From assembly GCA_946965045.2 (NCBI GenBank), contig OX337228.1:2542001-2606000 (forward strand): a DNA stretch of 64,000 nt, read 5' to 3'. Position 1 is the stretch's first letter, and each line of letters opens with the position of its first letter. Positions 58,009 through 64,000 of this stretch are shown here, piece after piece. Both the position numbers and the translations under genes were made by a program. This DNA comes from Epithemia pelagica. Its lineage: Eukaryota > Protista > Bacillariophyta. The notes below the pieces were generated by a model that saw nothing but the letters and a program-made list of their open reading frames with translations, ran no database searches and was not told where the DNA came from.

Positions 58009-59478
58009 CTAGTTATAGGCATTGATGAGTTCGAGTATGTCTTCATGTGAGAGAGTCTTATCCACACTCTGATGTTTAGGGGGGTTGTCATTGTCGTACA
58101 GTTTCCCTGCAATAACCCGAGACGTGATTTCATGGAGCTCGGTCTCTTGGTGACGAGATATCTGGATTACCTTGTAAATGGTTCCCTCCTTGTCATAGAT
58201 GTCTCCAATCGAGATGCCTATGTCCAAAGGTGCATTCGGGTCGGGGGTTGGTGGTTGCTTATGAGACATAGTGTTCTCATAATTCTCCTTCACTCTACCT
58301 TCAACTATGTTCTTCAGATGGACAGTCGGTGGATCGTGCATGAGAGAACCATCTCTCTTAGTTCGGTAGCAGTATTTGTTGTACCCGACAGTGACTCGGG
58401 TATTCAGTGGGGAGAAAGCAATGTCCACTCCGTTCCCACGGAAAAGACGTTTGAATGGAGGTTCTTCGGGAAGTTCATCGCTCTGGGAATCACGGCCACG
58501 AACCAATGTCACACAGTGTCCAGAGGACAAGACAACTCCTTTCGGACCATCAGCTAGGCGTGGACGATGCTCGGTAGAGCCATATGTACAGCTGATTCCA
58601 AGAGTCTGACGGAGAATCTCGACGTCACTTGAAGTTTCAAAGCGAAGAACGCCCAGTTTGAAAGAAAACTTGAGTTTCTTGCGGGTCAGTAGATAATCAC
58701 TGTCTTGGAAAGATTCGGATTGGTAAAAAAACTGGCATTTCGAATGGAGGGATTCTTTTGTTACAATAGCCAAGTAGTTGAACGTTTCCATAGGTATATG
58801 GCCGATGGACAAGGACGATAATTCTTCCGACTCTGCTAGGCTGGTTCGTCTATTCAATGTCTTCGTGATGGCCTTGCGGATCAGATACAGGCCGCGCCAA
58901 ACAGATTCATGGTAACAGCGTTTACCTCCCACGAGATGATCCATGGCCAATCTTCCAGTAACATCATTTGGGAAACAAACACTTTCATCTTCGGGCAAGT
59001 TGGAAAGGAAAGTTGAGCTGTCACGAAAGTGATCATTCTTTTGCTCAAGAAATCGTAGAACAAAAACATTGGTGAGACCGTGTGCCCACGAATTCTTTGG
59101 ATCGGCAATCTCTGTTACCGAAAATACAAAGGCAGGATAGAGAATGTCGCAGGTTTCTCCAGGGGTCACAGAAAGGAAATCAGTCGATTGATACAGTTCT
59201 GTATTGAGACTGCCAGGAGAGCCAAAGGGAATCGGGCGATGATGATGCTTGGGTAAGTCAGGGAGTCTTTCATTCTTTTTCAATGGAAATAACGGGTAGA
59301 ATAGCCGGAGATGAAATCCATTTTGCGTGCGGCGTTTGATCCGACAAATAGTTGTAGTACCCGGCTCTTGTTTCCAAAGTTTGGCATGAACAAAACTCCC
59401 AACACGAAGACAGTCGTCAAGATGATTTACGTAGAGAGGAGGTTGGTTGATGTGAGCACAAAAGATGTTGGGCGACAT
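58009..59478 (-). CDS. Unknown ~490-aa protein, tail-to-tail with the RAG1-like gene
   Basis: Uninterrupted ORF with ATG at 59478; its stop lies 83 bp from the transposase stop. Confidence 0.8.
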   Translation of the reverse strand: MSPNIFCAHINQPPLYVNHLDDCLRVGSFVHAKLWKQEPGTTTICRIKRRTQNGFHLRLFYPLFPLKKNERLPDLPKHHHRPIPFGSPGSLNTELYQSTDFLSVTPGETCDILYPAFVFSVTEIADPKNSWAHGLTNVFVLRFLEQKNDHFRDSSTFLSNLPEDESVCFPNDVTGRLAMDHLVGGKRCYHESVWRGLYLIRKAITKTLNRRTSLAESEELSSLSIGHIPMETFNYLAIVTKESLHSKCQFFYQSESFQDSDYLLTRKKLKFSFKLGVLRFETSSDVEILRQTLGISCTYGSTEHRPRLADGPKGVVLSSGHCVTLVRGRDSQSDELPEEPPFKRLFRGNGVDIAFSPLNTRVTVGYNKYCYRTKRDGSLMHDPPTVHLKNIVEGRVKENYENTMSHKQPPTPDPNAPLDIGISIGDIYDKEGTIYKVIQISRHQETELHEITSRVIAGKLYDNDNPPKHQSVDKTLSHEDILELINAYN

Positions 59479-60304
59479 GGTTGCGATGTATGATATGATA
59501 ATCAATTCGGTGATCGTCTTTTAGGCATGATCGTTTGGTTGTTGCATTACATGCCGATCCGGTTGGAGGGTGTTGCATGCAGGGGATGTTGAGCGGTTGA
59601 GTCCTCCAATGAATGAGGATGATCCATCCGAGATGGTCAATGCCAGTGAGACAAAAAGAATCATGGATGGACATCGTTGAGTTTTTATATATAAGAGAGT
59701 GTGGTGAGGCCAAAGACTTTGTTTAAGCGCGCCGGGTGATATTTTTAAGAGCGAGCCTACCATTTTGGTCAGGAATGCACGTGTGGGTAGAAAAAAGGTT
59801 ACGACAACCGGTCGTATTGATCCCGGCACTCAATGGCTTTCTTTATTGCATTGGAAGGATGCTTGGTGAGTTTTGCTATTACTTGGAGCAGGATTGAAGC
59901 AAGGCAATGCGATCCTATCGTGCGATCTGAGATCCTGGCATGTGCCACTAGCCACTACACTTGGAGTGACGGAGCGAAAACAGGCTAATGTAAAATGACA
60001 GTCACTTGACAATCTTTCGTCGGTCCTCCGCGGTTTCCAATCACTGTCAGCGATAGTTCGTGGATGGTGGGACGCCAAGTCCGAGTTACGGAACTGCTAG
60101 ACTGCTCCCAGAACAATGCTACGTACGTGATGTTGCATGTGGCTCTCTCTGGAGCAGCAGGGGTTAGAGGTTAGAGCGGTCGGTCGTTTTGGCTGTGAAC
60201 CGTAAGAAGACGCACCATAAAAAAGTGGAAGTCCCCGTTCTGGTTGTGTAACAGATATGAAACAAAGAGAGTAGTGTTTGTCAGACATGTATCGTCTAAG
60301 ACAA

Positions 60305-61185
60305 TCAGGTTTTGCGTTTCTTGTACGGATTGCGTTGTGGTGTCCTGCCCCCGCCCGGCAACGATCGAATAAACTCGTCCAGACGACTTTGTTCAGCTGG
60401 AGGGAACAAAGATGGTTCCGGGTTGAACACTTCCAATTTCCTTCTGTCGAGTTCCTCCCACATTCCGTCGAAGCGAAGTATGTCGTCCTGAGTGGTGTTC
60501 ACGACACAAAAAATGACTCCCAATTAAGATAGCGCGCGGCGGCGGAATAGTTGTAGCTTCCATAAACTGACAATGTGCTCGTCAAGAGCTGCTTCCGATT
60601 CATGCAGGTGAATGCATGGTTTGAAACGTTTGCCACACGGATCTCGATCGCATTCAAGCCTGCCAGCGGGGAACCGGTTTCTTTTGTAGGTGGAATGTTG
60701 TCAATGAATTGCTTGATCATTGTAAGAGAATGCACCCTTGGATCCATAATAACCTTTACATCGCAGTACTTCCGGTAGTGAATCAACGCGTCAATTAAGT
60801 ACGGGCAAGACAGGCTGTACGCGTATAGCCGAACAGCTTCGGAAACAACAGGTTCTACGACGTCACCCCTGGCTGCTTTTCCATGCAAGACAGTCTCTTC
60901 CGATGAATGGAGTACCGCAAAAATCGCCCTGATGGGATGATCACCCGGAATGTCACTGGGATCTTGGTCTCTTTTGCGAGGTTCACAATGGAATCGATCA
61001 CCAGCTGAAACCGAAGCCAAACGGAGGCTCTCCAAGGATGGAATGAACCAACCCGAACCAATTGACATTTTCTTCTGCCTCATGGAGGCAAACATCTCCA
61101 CAACAGCGGCTTTCTCTTCCTCCTCGACAGCTCGCTGTTTTTCCAACTTGTATTCGTCAATTGTTTCTTCGTAGGAGAAGCTCAT
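60305..61185 (-). pseudogene. Phospholipase D-superfamily nuclease-like ORF (Nuc/Zucchini type); apparent -1 frameshift at T6 run ~60511-60516
   Basis: VRLYAYSLS..LIDAL...VKVIMD ... MNRK.LL....YGSYNYS.AAR..NWE. The C-terminal helix (..ILRFDGMWEEL) continues in the -1 frame. Confidence 0.7.
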
Positions 61186-61719
61186 GATTGTATCCCGACC
61201 CTGCAGAGCACAAAATGGTTGTGGGGACGAAGAGGACACGACAAAGTTGAATATACGGACGAAGGACAACGAACCACAACCTACTCTCTGCTCTAGAGAG
61301 AGCTCACAATGTGTGTTGGGTTCATGGTTGTGGCTCTTCTCTCGCCGACGAAGAAGAGGCTTCCCCGATGATTGTTGTTGCAGAGAAGGATGCACCCAAC
61401 ACGAGGAATTGCGAACCGCTAGAACTTGCTGCGTCTTGGGAGAAAGCCTTGGATGGAAAAGAAGAGAGATAAGGAGAGAGACCATGAGAATTCGAGGACG
61501 TCGGCGGTTGCTTCTGGCTCATGACGTTACTCCCCCCATCCTCCACCTTGTCTCATTTCCATGCCCTTCCAGACTACGGACAGCATTGATCCTACTGCTC
61601 TTCCTCCCTTGTACACTTACCGAAGGAGCAAATTTCATTCAGATCGCAGGACCTGCAATATTTGGATCCCAATGGGGTCACGACGTTGGGACCTCTACAC
61701 CACCGTTGCTCTCAATGCC

Positions 61720-61919
61720 CGAAGGGACCCTGCGAACACACACTGTGCGTGTGTCCCTTCGGTGTTCTCTTGAGGTCCGCACAGTTCTGCTAGTGCTAGA
61801 CTGACTGGATGTTCTAGGTGACATAGTCAGACTAGAGGGTGTGAGATATCTTAGTAGAGCTAGGGATCCTAGGAAGATATCGCACATGTGCCGAAAGGCC
61901 ACAAGAACCGATGGCTCCA
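61720..61919. repeat. Split direct repeat B2 (copy at 62205-62404)
   Basis: Identical by eye from cgaagggaccc to gatggctcca. Confidence 0.95.
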
Positions 61920-62446
61920 GGGCGGGTTAGGGGTATTTTTAAAGCTAGAGAACTTTACGGGACCTTCTCGGAGACTGGTTGCTGAAAAGCTCGTTCCAAG
62001 AATTGTGTGCTCCTCACGTTCGAAGTCTGAGGAGAATGACTGAGCTGGGACGTGCAGGCTTGATGGGGGAACGCCTGGCGGGTGGCTTGCGCGCTCTAGC
62101 CATCTGCTCAGAGAACTAAGAGTTCCACCTGCGAGACACACCAACCCAGTACAAACAAAGAAATTGACCTACTCCTCTAAGACACACCAACCCAGTACAA
62201 ACAACGAAGGGACCCTGCGAACACACACTGTGCGTGTGTCCCTTCGGTGTTCTCTTGAGGTCCGCACAGTTCTGCTAGTGCTAGACTGACTGGATGTTCT
62301 AGGTGACATAGTCAGACTAGAGGGTGTGAGATATCTTAGTAGAGCTAGGGATCCTAGGAAGATATCGCACATGTGCCGAAAGGCCACAAGAACCGATGGC
62401 TCCACACCATCAATGTGAGTGGCCGGAAGTGGGCGAGTGAGGAGAG

Positions 62447-63841
62447 TTAGAAGGCGATCCGAAGTTGGCTGGTGAAGGCGGCGAATGGAACTGGGCCATC
62501 TAATGTGGTTTCTTCGGGTGATTCCATGGCTGCTTCGGTGTTGAGTTGGAGTGGTATGGAATTGTCGGTGGATGTGTCGCCGTTTTGAAGACTGTGGGTG
62601 TGAGTGTGGTCGTGACGAACGGGAGGGGCGAGGCGAGCACCGTCGGAGTGTCGATAGTCTAATGTTGTGAGCATTAGTTTTGAGAGATTGGAGGTCCACT
62701 CGAGGACTTGGGGGCGGATGTAGCGCATGAATGCGCTACTGCTCCATCGGCCGAGAATCATGATTTTCATGATCGATGCATTGGCGAGGAAAAGAGCCAT
62801 CGCGGCTCCGGATCGGATGGAGTGGGTACCGATGTCTTGGGGGTTGTAGCCGAACGCTTCTTTTCCGCCACCTGACGCGCAGGTTGTTCTGAGAAGATTG
62901 CGGACGTCTTCTTGACGGATGAAGCGAGGGCGAGGGCGTTTGGTCGGGGAGGACGAGGTTGGTGGTGGGAACCAACAATTCACCGGTGTGGAAGGCGGGG
63001 CCTTCGGGTGGTTGATGAGGATGCGACGTACGATCTTGCCCCAGATGAGGACGGGGTCAAGGATGGGGTCGGAGGTGCGGCTCTGGGTACGAGTTTCATG
63101 TTTCTTGTTGTTTTTCTGGTCTTCGAAAGTGATGGATACGAAGTGGGCTTCGGTTTCGAAGGTTGGGTCTAGTGGATCGATGCGAGAGCGTTTGTCGTCG
63201 TTTCTTGTGAAGACGATGTTGCCGATGCAGAGGAGTTTCGTCTTGCCGCGATGTGGGACGGTTGTGTACTCGCATGATCGCATGGCGACGAAAAATCCAC
63301 CGCAAGCGAGTTCTGCAGTACAGGCGGCGAAAGAGGTGTCGTCGTAGGGGATGCGGAAGGTGATTGGTTTGGGTTTGGAGGATGGGGAGGGGCGGTGGGT
63401 GTCGTTCCACATCCAGAGGAGGTGTTTTGGGGTGGCGGCTTTTTCGCGTTTTTCCGGTGGGTCGAGGTTGGACCATGCTCGTTTGAGCGAGCTGACCAGG
63501 GGATGGAGGGTCGACTGGTCTTGTCCGTGACAGGGGCTTGACCGGTCGTGATCCCTGAAGACCGCCACCAGGTGGCTAACGGCTTGCGTGAGAGGGCCTG
63601 CGCGAAGAGGTTCCTCTCGTCCCTGCGTCCAGTGGGCCTCACGGAGTCGTTGGAGGAAGCTGCAGACAATGGCGGCTCGATGGTTGTGGGATGGGATGGA
63701 GTCGAGGAACTGGTCGTTGGAGAATCCGATGGAGGAGAGGAATTCGTCCCAGCGGCGCCAGGTTCGGTCTCGGTCTTGGTGGCAGCCTTCTGTTTTTCCG
63801 AAGAAGATTCGGGAGATCTCGGAGCGACGGAGGAGATCCAA
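62447..63841 (-). CDS. Tyrosine recombinase of DIRS/Ngaro element
   Basis: Catalytic R-H-R-(W)-Y signature: FFVAMRSCEY, GTHSIRSGAA, LGRWSS..FMRYIR. Confidence 0.92.
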   Translation of the reverse strand: MDLLRRSEISRIFFGKTEGCHQDRDRTWRRWDEFLSSIGFSNDQFLDSIPSHNHRAAIVCSFLQRLREAHWTQGREEPLRAGPLTQAVSHLVAVFRDHDRSSPCHGQDQSTLHPLVSSLKRAWSNLDPPEKREKAATPKHLLWMWNDTHRPSPSSKPKPITFRIPYDDTSFAACTAELACGGFFVAMRSCEYTTVPHRGKTKLLCIGNIVFTRNDDKRSRIDPLDPTFETEAHFVSITFEDQKNNKKHETRTQSRTSDPILDPVLIWGKIVRRILINHPKAPPSTPVNCWFPPPTSSSPTKRPRPRFIRQEDVRNLLRTTCASGGGKEAFGYNPQDIGTHSIRSGAAMALFLANASIMKIMILGRWSSSAFMRYIRPQVLEWTSNLSKLMLTTLDYRHSDGARLAPPVRHDHTHTHSLQNGDTSTDNSIPLQLNTEAAMESPEETTLDGPVPFAAFTSQLRIAF

Positions 63842-63999
63842 GACGAGATTTCTTTGGGGAGCTGTCTGATGCGAAAATGGTGAGGAATCTGTGATCGGTA
63901 AGAGTCGTGCAGAAAGGTGGTGAGAGAAGCGTCGTCGAGGTCAAAGCAACGTGAGAGGATGTCTGCGACGTTGTTGTCGCGTCCTGGGATGTGTTCGGC
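63169..63999 (-). CDS. RT/RNase H ORF C-terminus of DIRS/Ngaro element (partial)
   Basis: The frame from 63999 reads AEHIPGRDNNVADILSR (RNase H C-terminal motif) and stays open to 63169, overlapping the YR ORF in another frame. Confidence 0.85.
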   Translation of the reverse strand, partial: AEHIPGRDNNVADILSRCFDLDDASLTTFLHDSYRSQIPHHFRIRQLPKEISSWISSVAPRSPESSSEKQKAATKTETEPGAAGTNSSPPSDSPTTSSSTPSHPTTIEPPLSAASSNDSVRPTGRRDERNLFAQALSRKPLATWWRSSGITTGQAPVTDKTSRPSIPWSARSNEHGPTSTHRKNAKKPPPQNTSSGCGTTPTAPPHPPNPNQSPSASPTTTPLSPPVLQNSLAVDFSSPCDHASTQPSHIAARRNSSASATSSSQETTTNALASIH

Positions 64000-64000
64000 C

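Larger units (their letters stand above)
44821..61719 (+). mobile_element. Putative RAG1-like/Transib-related multi-gene DNA transposon (boundaries unresolved; right end probably outside the window)
   Basis: RAG1-core-like gene, convergent partner ORF and PLD nuclease ORF, with no host-type housekeeping gene among them. Heptamer-like CACTATG at 44821. No matching right TIR seen. Confidence 0.4.
61720..64000 (-). mobile_element. DIRS-order tyrosine-recombinase retrotransposon (Ngaro-type split direct repeats), 3' end; truncated by the window
   Basis: 200-bp direct repeats at 61720-61919 and 62205-62404 flank a unique segment, all downstream of a YR ORF that overlaps the RNase H C-terminus. 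Confidence 0.85.

Noticed and set aside
58267-58273. CATAGTG as the right TIR of the RAG1-like element
   Set aside because: It lies inside the intact partner ORF, the match to 44821 stops at 7 nt, and it is followed by TTCTC rather than GACGT.
58009-59478. Calling the partner ORF RAG2
   Set aside because: No kelch-repeat (GG..W) periodicity or PHD Cys/His pattern is visible; only the gene orientation matches.

Overview
This is eukaryotic nuclear DNA from a diatom-like stramenopile, judged from short spliceosomal introns, ASAFAP-type bipartite plastid presequences and diatom-type transposons; the species cannot be determined from the sequence. About half the window is gene-dense host DNA: DHQ synthase, a glycine-rich RRM protein, a HIBCH-like protein, a PPR protein, HOOK, V-ATPase c'', plastid adenylate kinase, FTR catalytic subunit, an HMG-box factor, a GH81 glucanase, a TFIIIC/Tfc4-like TPR protein and a small TPR-like protein. 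The rest is two nested transposon clusters. (1) 15807-31105 is a piggyBac-like DNA transposon with ~260-275 bp TIRs, an atypical CTAT target duplication and passenger ORFs. Its transposase is split by a full-length young Copia element (20661-29045) whose primer-binding site matches the anticodon arm of tRNA-Asn (half-tRNA priming) and which has an extra ORF before gag. (2) ~44.8-61.7 kb holds a ~1,240-aa protein with the RAG1/Transib catalytic-core motifs in order, split by a full-length 8.8-kb LINE (19-bp TSD). It is followed by a tail-to-tail partner ORF (ProtoRAG-like geometry) and a PLD/Zucchini-type nuclease ORF, and is abutted by an Ngaro-type tyrosine-recombinase retrotransposon running off the window end. 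This RAG1-like multi-gene locus is the best candidate for an undescribed system. All family assignments come from motif recognition by eye; no searches were run, so novelty is unverified.
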